Shown one piece after another: positions 1 through 8,233 of a stretch of 64,000 bases of DNA. Within the stretch, counting starts at the first letter, position 1. Each line of letters starts with the position of its first letter. The notes beneath the pieces are model-generated. The model did no database searches and was not told where the DNA came from. It worked only from the letters and a program-made list of their open reading frames with translations. The translations under genes and the position numbers were made by a program. This DNA comes from Christensenella sp. UBA5489 (GTDB taxonomy: Bacteria; Bacillota; Clostridia; Christensenellales; UBA1242), in the NCBI GenBank assembly GCA_002424095.1, contig DIPL01000001.1, forward strand, positions 2,184 through 66,183. The letters are read 5' to 3'.

Positions 1-635
1 ATTTTTGGCAATTTTGCAATAAACAAGATATTGAAACAAAAGAATATGTTAAGGAAGGATATTTTCCGAAATTTAGCGATAAAGGTGATACTATTGCCCA
101 GATTGTAACGAGTGGACCAGTCGATGAAGAAAAAAATAATATTAAAGAAGCAATGATTAAAATGATAAACGGCGCACAAAAATCCATAGTTTTACAAACA
201 CCATATTTCTCACCTGATGAAGTTTTTATGAACGCACTTAAACAAGCAATAAAAAGCGGTGTAAAAGTTACACTTATGCTTCCGAAAATCCCAGATAAAA
301 AAATTGTATATCTTGCATCTCTTTCATTCGCAAAAGAGATTGTCGAGATGGGTGGAGATTTTTTTCTTTATAAAGGATTTATGCACAGCAAAGTTTTAAT
401 TGCCGATAATAAATCAATGTGTATAGGAACTTGCAATGCAGATTATCGTTCTTTTTCATTAAATTTCGAAATTACAGCAATTTTATATGATAGCAAACTT
501 ATAAGAGAGCATCTAAAAGAAATTGAAAAAGATTTAAAAAATAGCCAACGAATTGATTTGATTTACTATAAAAATCGTCCGCTTTACACTAAATTCGGAC
601 AAGTTGTTTTCAGACTTTTTGCTCCTTTATTTTAA
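1..635 (+). CDS. cls: cardiolipin synthase (PLD superfamily), C-terminal portion; 5' end lies outside the window
   Basis: The frame is open from nt 3 (FWQFCNKQDIETKEYV...); the ORF-track piece is 153-635. It carries the HKD motif HSKVLIADNKSMCIGTCNADYRSF of the second PLD domain. Confidence 0.8.
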   Translation, partial: FWQFCNKQDIETKEYVKEGYFPKFSDKGDTIAQIVTSGPVDEEKNNIKEAMIKMINGAQKSIVLQTPYFSPDEVFMNALKQAIKSGVKVTLMLPKIPDKKIVYLASLSFAKEIVEMGGDFFLYKGFMHSKVLIADNKSMCIGTCNADYRSFSLNFEITAILYDSKLIREHLKEIEKDLKNSQRIDLIYYKNRPLYTKFGQVVFRLFAPLF

Positions 636-720
636 AAAACGCAAATTTTTTAAGAAATGAAGTCAATAATAAATTAAAATTAAAAATAAATTTAAAATTA
701 AAAAAGAATTTGGAGAATGT

Positions 721-1275
721 ATGGAATGGTCAAGTGAAAATTGTAGAAATCAATTTATAAAATTAAGAAAATCAATGCTGAGAAAAATTGAAAGAGCAGA
801 TTCAGGAAAAAGAGAAGAAATAATCATTGATAATTATAATGATGTTTGTTTAAAAGCAGTAAGCAATGATCCAATTGCTCAGGATCTTCTCGCCTACATT
901 TTCAAAAAAGGTTTTGAAAATGTAATTCCAGTAAATTATGAAAAATATATGCAATGGGAAATTCTAGCAGCAGGAAGCGGAAACAATTTTGCAATTGATA
1001 AATTATCATTGTTTTTAAATGTTGCTTTAAATGAAATTATGTTTGCCGAAGATTTTGGATATATTTTGGTAAGAAATGAACTGAACAATAAAAATTATAA
1101 TTATATAGTCGGAAAACTTATATGCGAAGCAATTGCGGATGAACTGCGTCTGGTTCCTGAAAAACTTATCAAAGATGAATTAAGGCATCAAGAATTCGAA
1201 GCGAAAATAATGAGAACTTTCGACAGAGCCAGAAAATTTGCAATACCAAAAGTGCTCAAATTTTTAAGAAGTTAA
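721..1275 (+). CDS. hypothetical protein (loosely Sel1/TPR-like helical repeats)
   Basis: 184-aa ORF with GGAG 5 nt upstream of the ATG. The segment DPIAQDLLAYIFKKGF...YMQWEILAAGSGNNFAIDKL loosely resembles Sel1 repeats. I recognise no firm family. Confidence 0.4.
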   Translation: MEWSSENCRNQFIKLRKSMLRKIERADSGKREEIIIDNYNDVCLKAVSNDPIAQDLLAYIFKKGFENVIPVNYEKYMQWEILAAGSGNNFAIDKLSLFLNVALNEIMFAEDFGYILVRNELNNKNYNYIVGKLICEAIADELRLVPEKLIKDELRHQEFEAKIMRTFDRARKFAIPKVLKFLRS

Positions 1276-1362
1276 GTTTAATTTTTAAGGAAAATAAAAA
1301 GATTTTTCTTTAATCTTTAAAAGTTAAGTTAAGCGTAATTTTTTAATATTGTCGAAAAAACA

Positions 1363-1391
1363 TTGACAACTTTGCTTGTATGTGTTATATT
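1363..1391 (+). promoter_or_regulatory. sigma-70-type promoter for rpmG-secE-nusG
   Basis: TTGACA (1363-1368), a 17-nt spacer, then TATATT (1386-1391), preceded by TGT (extended -10). Confidence 0.5.
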
Positions 1392-1401
1392 AATCAATAA
1401 C

Positions 1402-1422
1402 ACTCCAATTTGGAGTTTTTTT
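1402..1422 (+). promoter_or_regulatory. terminator-like hairpin plus U-run in the rpmG leader (possible attenuator)
   Basis: ACTCCAA-T-TTGGAGT palindrome (1402-1416) runs straight into a T7 run (1416-1422). It lies between the promoter and the rpmG RBS (GGGGGAG). Confidence 0.3.
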
Positions 1423-1435
1423 AACGGGGGAGAAT

Positions 1436-1606
1436 ATGGCGAAAAAGAAAAGTCAGATTAATGAAAGAATAATGCTTGCCTGCACAGAATGTAAAGAGCG
1501 AAATTATGCCACAACCAAAAATAAAAGAAACAATCCAGAAAGAATTGAATTGAGTAAGTTTTGTTCAAGATGTGGAAAAAGAACACCGCATAAAGAAACG
1601 AAATAA
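1436..1606 (+). CDS. rpmG: 50S ribosomal protein L33 (Cys4 zinc form)
   Basis: Absent from the ORF track because it is under 60 aa. My translation is [56 protein letters not shown], with TAA at 1604-1606. It sits in the canonical position upstream of secE-nusG. Confidence 0.9.
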   Translation: MAKKKSQINERIMLACTECKERNYATTKNKRNNPERIELSKFCSRCGKRTPHKETK

Positions 1607-1712
1607 GTCGTTTTAAAAATTATTATTTTAAGTATTTTAATTGTAAAATTGATGTAAAATAATTTTAGAAAATTAAATATAAAGCATAAAAATTTCAATG
1701 GAGGTTTTGAAG

Positions 1713-2240
1713 ATGCCTAGCAAAAAAAATAAGAAAATATTAAGGCAAAAGGCAAAGGGCGAGAAAAAGGCTATAAGTAAAGAAACGCTCAAAACAGAAG
1801 CGGTTAAAAATGCAAAAGAGACTAAAAAAATAGCCGAGAATGAAATCGCCGAAACTAAGACGGTTGGAATTGTGTCGACAGAAAATGCTGATGTTTTAGA
1901 AATTTCGCAGGAAGAAATTAATCAAAACGAGATACCTTCCGAAGGCAAAGCAGAACAAAAAACAAAAGAGAGTTCCGCCAAAGCAATTGTTGCTAAGTCT
2001 GAAAAAGATGAAACAACCAAACAAACAAAAGCAAAAAAAGTAAAGAAACCTTCAAAGGTAAAAAAGAAAACAAAAGAAGTTTTTTCCGAACTTAAAAAAG
2101 TCATTTGGCCAACATTTCCGAAAGTTGTTAAAAAAACAGGCACTGTAATAGTTGTCGTTTTGGCATTCGCTGTGGTTTTGCTTGGCATTGATACGCTTTT
2201 GGAGTTGGCACACAGTTGGTTTTTTAGTAAATTGAATTAA
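1713..2240 (+). CDS. secE: preprotein translocase subunit SecE with a long Lys/Glu-rich N-terminal extension
   Basis: The C-terminus KVIWPTFPKVVKKTGTVIVVVLAFAVVLLGIDTLLE is the SecE TM helix. The gene lies between rpmG and nusG. GGAGG at 1700-1704 favours ATG 1713 over the track start at 1698. Confidence 0.8.
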   Translation: MPSKKNKKILRQKAKGEKKAISKETLKTEAVKNAKETKKIAENEIAETKTVGIVSTENADVLEISQEEINQNEIPSEGKAEQKTKESSAKAIVAKSEKDETTKQTKAKKVKKPSKVKKKTKEVFSELKKVIWPTFPKVVKKTGTVIVVVLAFAVVLLGIDTLLELAHSWFFSKLN

Positions 2241-2254
2241 AATAAGGGGTAAAA

Positions 2255-2770
2255 ATGGAAGAAGCAAAGTGGTATGCATTGCACACTTTTTCGGGATATG
2301 AAAATGTCGCAAAAGAAAATCTTGAAACAGTTGTTGAGAAATTCAATTTGCAAGATAGAATTTTTGATATTATAATTCCAGTCGAAGAAGCAATTGAAGA
2401 AAGAAAAGGCAAGAAAAAACTTGTGCAACGAAAAATAATGCCTTGCTATCTTTTGGTTAAAATGATATATGGCGATGACCTATGGCACAATATAACTAGA
2501 ACCAGAGGAATCACTGGATTTGTTGGACCGAAAGGACGCCCTCTTGCATTAACAGAAGATGAAGTCAGAAAAATGCGACTTGAAAAAATCACTGTAAATC
2601 TTGATTTAAACAAGGGCGATAAAATTGAAATAATTGACGGACCACTTAATAACTTTGTTGGCGTAGTCGATTTAGTTAATAAAGAAAATAATAAGGTTAA
2701 AGTTATAGTCGAAATGTTTGGTAGGGAAACACCTGTTGACCTCGATTATAGCCAAATAAGAAAAATATAA
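2255..2770 (+). CDS. nusG: transcription termination/antitermination factor NusG
   Basis: KWYALHTFSGYENVAKENLE at the N-terminus and a C-terminal KOW domain (GDKIEIIDGPLNNFVGVV). Synteny is secE-nusG-rplK. Confidence 0.95.
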   Translation: MEEAKWYALHTFSGYENVAKENLETVVEKFNLQDRIFDIIIPVEEAIEERKGKKKLVQRKIMPCYLLVKMIYGDDLWHNITRTRGITGFVGPKGRPLALTEDEVRKMRLEKITVNLDLNKGDKIEIIDGPLNNFVGVVDLVNKENNKVKVIVEMFGRETPVDLDYSQIRKI

Positions 2771-2905
2771 TTAAAATTATAGAAAAATTCAATATTAAAA
2801 CGGTATAAACAGAAATGTTTCGTTAAAACGAATCAATCTGATTATATATAAATTAAAAGTGGGAGGAATGTATGCCACATTTCAACAACCACAAAAGGAG
2901 AAAAA

Positions 2906-3361
2906 ATGGCAAAAAAATTAAAAGTTAGTGCAATTGTAAAATTGCAATTAGAGGCAGGAAAAGCAACGGCAGGTCCTCCGGTTGGCTCATCACTCGGTCC
3001 ACACGGAATTCAAATAATGTCGTTTGTGAAAGAATTCAATGAAAAAACTGCTTCACAGGCAGGTATGGTAATTCCTGTCGTTATCACGATTTATCAAGAT
3101 AGGAGTTTTACTTTCATAATGAAAACTCCGCCAGCGCCGGTTTTGATTAAAAAAGCTCTTAAAATTAATAAAGGCTCGCCAAAACCAAATCAGGATAAAG
3201 TTGGTGAATTAACGGAACAGCAAGTTGAAGAAATTGCAAAGATAAAAATGCCCGACCTCAATGCTGCGAGTTTAGAATCTGCAAAAAGTATGATTAAAGG
3301 TTCGGCACGTAGTATGGGCGTTAAGATGAAAGAGGAGGGTGAAAAAGATGGCAGTAAGTAA
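2906..3361 (+). CDS. rplK: 50S ribosomal protein L11
   Basis: [35 protein letters not shown]. Carries about 10 extra acidic/Lys residues at the C-terminus. Confidence 0.95.
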   Translation: MAKKLKVSAIVKLQLEAGKATAGPPVGSSLGPHGIQIMSFVKEFNEKTASQAGMVIPVVITIYQDRSFTFIMKTPPAPVLIKKALKINKGSPKPNQDKVGELTEQQVEEIAKIKMPDLNAASLESAKSMIKGSARSMGVKMKEEGEKDGSK

Positions 3362-4034
3362 AAGATTTGCGGAAGCAAAAAAAGCAGTTGATACATCCAA
3401 ACTCTATGAAATTGAAGAGGCAATAGAACTTGCAAAAAACACATCAAAAACAAAATTTGATGAAACTCTTGAACTTCATTTAAAACTTGGCGTCGATGGT
3501 CGTAATGCTGACCAACAAGTGCGTGGTGTGGTTGTATTACCGAACGGAACGGGAAAATCAGTTAAAGTTCTCGTTATAGCACGTGGCGAAAAGGCCGAAG
3601 AAGCAAAAAAGGCAGGTGCTGATTTTGTAGGTGGCGAAGAAATTGTTGCCAAAATTCAAGGAGAAAATTGGCTTGGTTTTGACGTTTGTATAACAACGCC
3701 AGATATGATGGGTATAATTGGAAAAATTGCAAAAATACTTGGACCAAAAGGACTTATGCCAAATCCTAAATCAGGAACTGTAACCAACGATGTTGTTAAA
3801 GCCTTAAACGATGTAAAAAAAGGAAAAGTTGAATATCGACTTGACAAATTCAACAATGTCCACGTTTCAATTGGTAAAGTAAGTTTTGAAACAAAGAAAC
3901 TTTTGGAAAATTATGAAGCACTTATGCAGGCGATTATAAAGGCAAAACCTGCATCGGCGAAAGGTCAATATATTAAAAATGCTACTTTATGCACGACAAT
4001 GGGACCAGGAATAAAACTCAACGCAAGAAGTTAA
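3348..4034 (+). CDS. rplA: 50S ribosomal protein L1
   Basis: [12 protein letters not shown]...[25 protein letters not shown] at 3332-3337 favours ATG 3348 over the GTG at 3339 given in the track. Confidence 0.95.
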   Translation: MAVSKRFAEAKKAVDTSKLYEIEEAIELAKNTSKTKFDETLELHLKLGVDGRNADQQVRGVVVLPNGTGKSVKVLVIARGEKAEEAKKAGADFVGGEEIVAKIQGENWLGFDVCITTPDMMGIIGKIAKILGPKGLMPNPKSGTVTNDVVKALNDVKKGKVEYRLDKFNNVHVSIGKVSFETKKLLENYEALMQAIIKAKPASAKGQYIKNATLCTTMGPGIKLNARS

Positions 4035-4043
4035 AGTAAAAAG

Positions 4044-4091
4044 CAAAGAATTGTGAAAGGTGAATTTCGTTTTCAATTCTTTGTTTTTTTT
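4044..4091 (+). terminator. rho-independent terminator after rplA
   Basis: CAAAGAATTG (4044-4053) pairs with CAATTCTTTG (4074-4083) and is followed by a T8 run. Confidence 0.6.
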
Positions 4092-4280
4092 ATTTAATGA
4101 TATAAGTTTTTAGTTTACAGAAAACATATTTAATTGAACGAACATTTAATACGAAACAGCGAAAGAGAATTTTTTAAACTCTGCAACGAATTATTCTTGC
4201 ATCGGATTTTATTTAAGTCCGAACTTCGTCGCCTTTTTTTTATATTTTTTTAACTTATAAAATAATAACAAATAAAAATC

Positions 4281-4309
4281 TTGACATAGATAAAGAAAAA
4301 TGTTAGAAT
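4281..4309 (+). promoter_or_regulatory. sigma-70-type promoter for rplU-prp-rpmA
   Basis: TTGACA (4281-4286), a 17-nt spacer, then TAGAAT (4304-4309). A ~130-nt leader follows before rplU. Confidence 0.5.
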
Positions 4310-4439
4310 AAGTTTGTTATGCCGCTTGATGCAGGTTTAAGTTTTTTGTTTTATAATTTGAATTCAAGATTAAACTTTAAATTTAATTTTTAAAAACAAA
4401 AACACCTTCAACAGCGAGTTTCTTTAAGGAGGAATTTTA

Positions 4440-4742
4440 ATGTACGCAGTAATCCAAACCGGAGGCAAACAATATAAAGTAAGCGTTGGCGATATTGTAG
4501 AAATTGAAAAACAAGAAGCAAACGTTGGCGATACACTGACTTTTGATGCCATTTTTGTAAGCGATAATAATCAAATCAAAATTGGCAAAAATGCTAGCAA
4601 CGTGAAAGTTAGTGCCGAAGTTGTAGAGCAGGGAAGAGCAGATAAAGTCATTGTTTTTAAATACAGTCCTAAAAAACGTACTAGAAAAAAATACGGACAT
4701 AGACAACCTTTCACATCAATAAACATAACTAAAATAGGCTAG
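4440..4742 (+). CDS. rplU: 50S ribosomal protein L21
   Basis: MYAVIQTGGKQYKVSVGDIVEIEK. AGGAGG RBS. Confidence 0.95.
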   Translation: MYAVIQTGGKQYKVSVGDIVEIEKQEANVGDTLTFDAIFVSDNNQIKIGKNASNVKVSAEVVEQGRADKVIVFKYSPKKRTRKKYGHRQPFTSINITKIG

Positions 4743-4769
4743 GAAATATAAAAAAATTATAGAAGTAAT

Positions 4770-5105
4770 ATGACAACAATAAAAATTTTTAAACAAAAAA
4801 AAATGATTATAAGCATTGAGTGCAGTGGGCATTCTGGATATGCTGAAAAAGGTAGCGACATTGTTTGCAGTGCAATTTCAGCAATAATAGGAACTTGTTA
4901 TCTCGGCTTGAAAAACGTTGTCAAGGCTGAATTTAAACATAGTCAAGATGACGAAAAAGGATATTTTCTTATTAAAATTAATGAAAATTTAGATACAATT
5001 TTAATGGAGAAAGCACAAATAATCCTTCAAACAACAGTACTGAGTTTAACTGAATTGTCAAAAGATTATAAGAAATTTGTAACTATAAAACTTATAATTG
5101 AATGA
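4770..5105 (+). CDS. prp: ribosomal-processing cysteine protease Prp (YsxB family)
   Basis: ECSGHSGYAEKGSDIVCSAISAI contains the conserved His/Cys pair. The gene sits between rplU and rpmA. Confidence 0.85.
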   Translation: MTTIKIFKQKKMIISIECSGHSGYAEKGSDIVCSAISAIIGTCYLGLKNVVKAEFKHSQDDEKGYFLIKINENLDTILMEKAQIILQTTVLSLTELSKDYKKFVTIKLIIE

Positions 5106-5167
5106 TTAAAAATATCATAAGTTTAAAAAATTTAAGCAACTTGAAAATATAAAAGGGGACAAGAAAA

Positions 5168-5443
5168 ATGAAATTTATTAATTTGCAATTTTTTGCAACG
5201 AAAAAGGGAGGCGGCAGCAGTAGAAACGGACGTGATAGCCAATCGAAACGTCTAGGCGTTAAAGTTGGTGCAGGGCAAAATGTCGCAGCAGGTTCCATTA
5301 TTTTACGACAGCGTGGAACCAAAATATATCCTGGAACGAACGTTGGTTTAGGAAAAGACCACACATTATTTGCTTTGATTAACGGTTGCGTTAAATTCGA
5401 ACAAAAAAATGGAAGAAAAGTGGCAAGTGTCTATGCCGCATAA
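5168..5443 (+). CDS. rpmA: 50S ribosomal protein L27 with a Prp-cleavable N-terminal extension
   Basis: [32 protein letters not shown]. The NLQFFA|TKKG propeptide is of the type seen in Firmicutes. Confidence 0.95.
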   Translation: MKFINLQFFATKKGGGSSRNGRDSQSKRLGVKVGAGQNVAAGSIILRQRGTKIYPGTNVGLGKDHTLFALINGCVKFEQKNGRKVASVYAA

Positions 5444-5494
5444 AATTTTATTTAATTTTAAAATTAATTAAATAACAAAAACCTAACAACAAAT

Positions 5495-6352
5495 ATGAGA
5501 GAAAAAAAAGAAAGTTTTATTATAAATAAAGAGAAAATTAATATTGCCCAAACTTTAAAGTGCGGGCAAATTTTTTCATATAGACAAATAAGTTTCAATC
5601 CTGATAACTTCATTATTTTTTCAAGCAATAAAAAAGCCGAAGTTTATGAAATGAAAGAGCATTATAAAATTTGCACGGACAATGTGCCTTATTTTCAAAA
5701 TTTTTTTGACTTAGAAACGGATTATGAAAAAATAAAAAGTATACTTAGTAAAGATAAAATGTTGGTTAAGCCGATTGAGTTTGGCGGTGGAATAAGAATT
5801 TTAAGACAAGACTTGCTCGAAGTTATAATTTCTTTTGTCTTTTCCGCAAATAATAATATAAAAAGAATCACTGAAAGTTTATTCGCACTACGCCAAAAAT
5901 TCGGAAAGCACTACGGTGATTATGAGATTTTTCCTTCACTTAAACAGTTGAGCGAAATTACAGCTGAGCAATTCAAGGAAATTGGAGCAGGGTATCGTGC
6001 TGAACAATTAGTCAAATTGATTGAGCAATTGCAAAAAATAAATTTTGATGAATTAAAACATTTAAGTTCGGACAAGATTTTGAAAAAATTAATTGATTTG
6101 AGCGGTATTGGACCAAAAGTTGCTGATTGTATTTTGCTTTTCGGATTTAACCGCACCGATGTTTTTCCTGTCGACACTTGGATTGAAAAAGCATTTAAAA
6201 ATTTTTATGAGTCCGATTTAAAAAATACAAATCATTGGAGCAGAGCGGAAATCAGAAAGTTTTTAACAGAAAGATATGGAAATCTTGCAGGTTATGCTCA
6301 GCAATATCTTTTTAATTATCAAAGAAATTTCCACAATAGACAAATAATATAA
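5495..6352 (+). CDS. ogg: 8-oxoguanine DNA glycosylase / AP lyase (HhH-GPD family)
   Basis: HhH-GPD signature LSGIGPKVADCILLFGFNRTDVFPVDTWI. Confidence 0.8.
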   Translation: MREKKESFIINKEKINIAQTLKCGQIFSYRQISFNPDNFIIFSSNKKAEVYEMKEHYKICTDNVPYFQNFFDLETDYEKIKSILSKDKMLVKPIEFGGGIRILRQDLLEVIISFVFSANNNIKRITESLFALRQKFGKHYGDYEIFPSLKQLSEITAEQFKEIGAGYRAEQLVKLIEQLQKINFDELKHLSSDKILKKLIDLSGIGPKVADCILLFGFNRTDVFPVDTWIEKAFKNFYESDLKNTNHWSRAEIRKFLTERYGNLAGYAQQYLFNYQRNFHNRQII

Positions 6353-6480
6353 TTAATTTTGTTGAAAAAAATTTTTATGCAAATTGTCTGAATTTTTAAA
6401 AAATCATACAAATATGTCATAAAAATGGCGAATTTTTTTAACCTTATGTTATTATAATTTTAAATTTTAATGTTACAAAT

Positions 6481-6527
6481 TTAATATTGTCATATTTTAT
6501 TGACAATATTATTTTCTATTATTATAA
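6481..6527 (+). promoter_or_regulatory. consensus promoter overlapped by an 11-bp perfect inverted repeat (candidate operator)
   Basis: TAATATTGTCA (6481-6491), an 8-nt spacer, then TGACAATATTA (6500-6510). The overlapping promoter is TTGACA (6499-6504), a 17-nt spacer, then TATAAT (6522-6527). Confidence 0.45.
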
Positions 6528-6657
6528 TATTAAAAAATAGAACAAACGTTCGACGGCTGGTAACGATTTTGCAAAAATATTATACAAAATATATACTATA
6601 TTTATCATAATTTTTGACACGAACGTTAAAAGATAAAAATTTCAGGAGGGAGTGAAT

Positions 6658-7206
6658 ATGTACACTCAAAATATGGTAAAGACTTTATTTACAGTTTATA
6701 GATTTTTAGAAAGATTAGCAAATTCAATAGATAGAATCATCAACACAAGGGCGGTAAATGCCTGCTTTGTACATTTGGAAAATACAGCTTATAATTATGT
6801 TGAAAAAGTTGCCGATGATATAATGGAACTCACACAAAGAAAGATAACTTTAATAAATTTAAAAGTCATTACTGATAATATATTAGAAAACATTAATCAG
6901 GATTTTGCAAGATTTGTTATAATGAAATACATAGAAGATAGGTCGATTTTTGAAATTTCAGATGCCCTTGAAGTGAGTATGCGTACGCTTTCAAGGTGGA
7001 ATAATAACGCTATAATCAAAGGTGCTTTGTATTTGCGAGGAAACGGCTTAACGTTAAATGTTATGGTTGATTTAATTAAAAACGAAAACTGGATAGTACA
7101 AGTATTTAATGAATTTAATAAAAAGACGAGAGAAAAATTATGCATTGATAAAAATATAAAGATAATTCAACGGGCTTGCAAAGAATATAATAAATTTTTA
7201 TGTTAA
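6658..7206 (+). CDS. phage late-gene regulator candidate (sigma-70 region-4-like HTH; DUF1492/ArpU-RinA-like architecture)
   Basis: C-terminal-half motif FARFVIMKYIEDRSIFEISDALEVSMRTLSRWNNNAI resembles a region-4 HTH. The gene is at the head of the packaging module. AGGAGG at 6644-6649 favours ATG 6658. Confidence 0.4.
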   Translation: MYTQNMVKTLFTVYRFLERLANSIDRIINTRAVNACFVHLENTAYNYVEKVADDIMELTQRKITLINLKVITDNILENINQDFARFVIMKYIEDRSIFEISDALEVSMRTLSRWNNNAIIKGALYLRGNGLTLNVMVDLIKNENWIVQVFNEFNKKTREKLCIDKNIKIIQRACKEYNKFLC

Positions 7207-7325
7207 GATATAAAAATAATTTTTAAATTTATAATATGCTAGTTTCAAAAATGCAAGAGCAGTCTAAGGAATTTATCAAACAAAAACAAGATAAGTTTTT
7301 AATTTAAAATCTCATAAAAATTTCA

Positions 7326-8189
7326 TCATTCATCAAATTCATAATATTCACTTCTTTTTAGACGGTTTAATTTCTTTTTTGGTTTTTTGCCATTATCAAT
7401 AATGAGTTTTGTTGGCTTGAAAAGTAAATAAATTATAAAAAGGCAGGGTAGGCAAGCACAAATAATAATAATGACTTTCAATTCATCACTTAAAACAATT
7501 TCGTTTGGACTTGTATTACTTAGCGGAAAAAGTTCACCAGAAAAAGCTGGTAATTCTTCGGCATTTTTTTCAACCGACACATTCGCTGGAAAGCAAAGTG
7601 GTTTATATAAATAGCCATAATATACTCCATCATTGCTGGTATATTTGCTATAATACCAAACATCCACGCCAAGTTGAGGCACTAGAATATCGCCCGTTTT
7701 TTCGCCATAATAAGTTAAATCTTCCTGCAAAAAAGGTACAGTAATATCAGAATCAGCAGATATTTTTGGAGACTTTTTTAATTCAAGTCCGCCAGTTGAA
7801 TAAATGCCAATTGTCAAATTATCTGCAAAAGGTTTGATAGGCGTTCCTTCAACTGCAAAAACTTGATTTTTTTTAACATAACCTAAAATATCCATATAAT
7901 ATGCTTTATAAAATAAATTGCCATCATCGTTTGCGTTGTCGGTTAGCAAAACAAAGTAACTTTGCGGAATGCAAAATATTTTGTATTCATCACTATTCAT
8001 AGGTTGAGAATAAAGAAAAACATTATCATTTTTTATTTTCGCATAGACGTTTTCATAAGCGAATAAATTTTTTGGTTGCAAAGAAATAAAAAGTGGAGAA
8101 ATCACAAACATAAAAGAAAATATAATGATAAAAATTTCCGCATATTTAAAAATTATAAAATTGCGTAAAAAAGCAGTGTTATATTTCAT
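7326..8189 (-). CDS. membrane protein with N- and C-terminal TM helices and an SH3-like extracytoplasmic region
   Basis: 287-aa ORF. N-terminal TM is FIIFKYAEIFIIIFSFMFVISPLFI, C-terminal TM is VIIIICACLPCLFIIYLLF, followed by a basic tail. NVYAKIKNDNVFLYSQP...GYVKKNQVF is reminiscent of bacterial SH3. Confidence 0.5.
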   Translation of the reverse strand: MKYNTAFLRNFIIFKYAEIFIIIFSFMFVISPLFISLQPKNLFAYENVYAKIKNDNVFLYSQPMNSDEYKIFCIPQSYFVLLTDNANDDGNLFYKAYYMDILGYVKKNQVFAVEGTPIKPFADNLTIGIYSTGGLELKKSPKISADSDITVPFLQEDLTYYGEKTGDILVPQLGVDVWYYSKYTSNDGVYYGYLYKPLCFPANVSVEKNAEELPAFSGELFPLSNTSPNEIVLSDELKVIIIICACLPCLFIIYLLFKPTKLIIDNGKKPKKKLNRLKRSEYYEFDE

Positions 8190-8233
8190 TAAATGAATAT
8201 TAACATATTTTAAAAAAGCGAAAATGGCTTTTT

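Noticed and set aside
2771-2905. A possible L1/L11 autoregulatory leader hairpin upstream of rplK (GTGG...CCAC around 2860-2885, containing GGGAGG).
   Set aside because: The stem is only 4 bp and the GGGAGG may be incidental. I cannot support a structured leader without covariation data.
6440-6470. A possible att-type direct repeat: ATGTTATTATAATT near 6447 against ATGTTATAATTACAATT near 24901, at the two island edges.
   Set aside because: The match is short, imperfect and made of generic -10-like A/T sequence. That similarity is expected by chance in DNA this AT-rich. There is also no integrase to use it.
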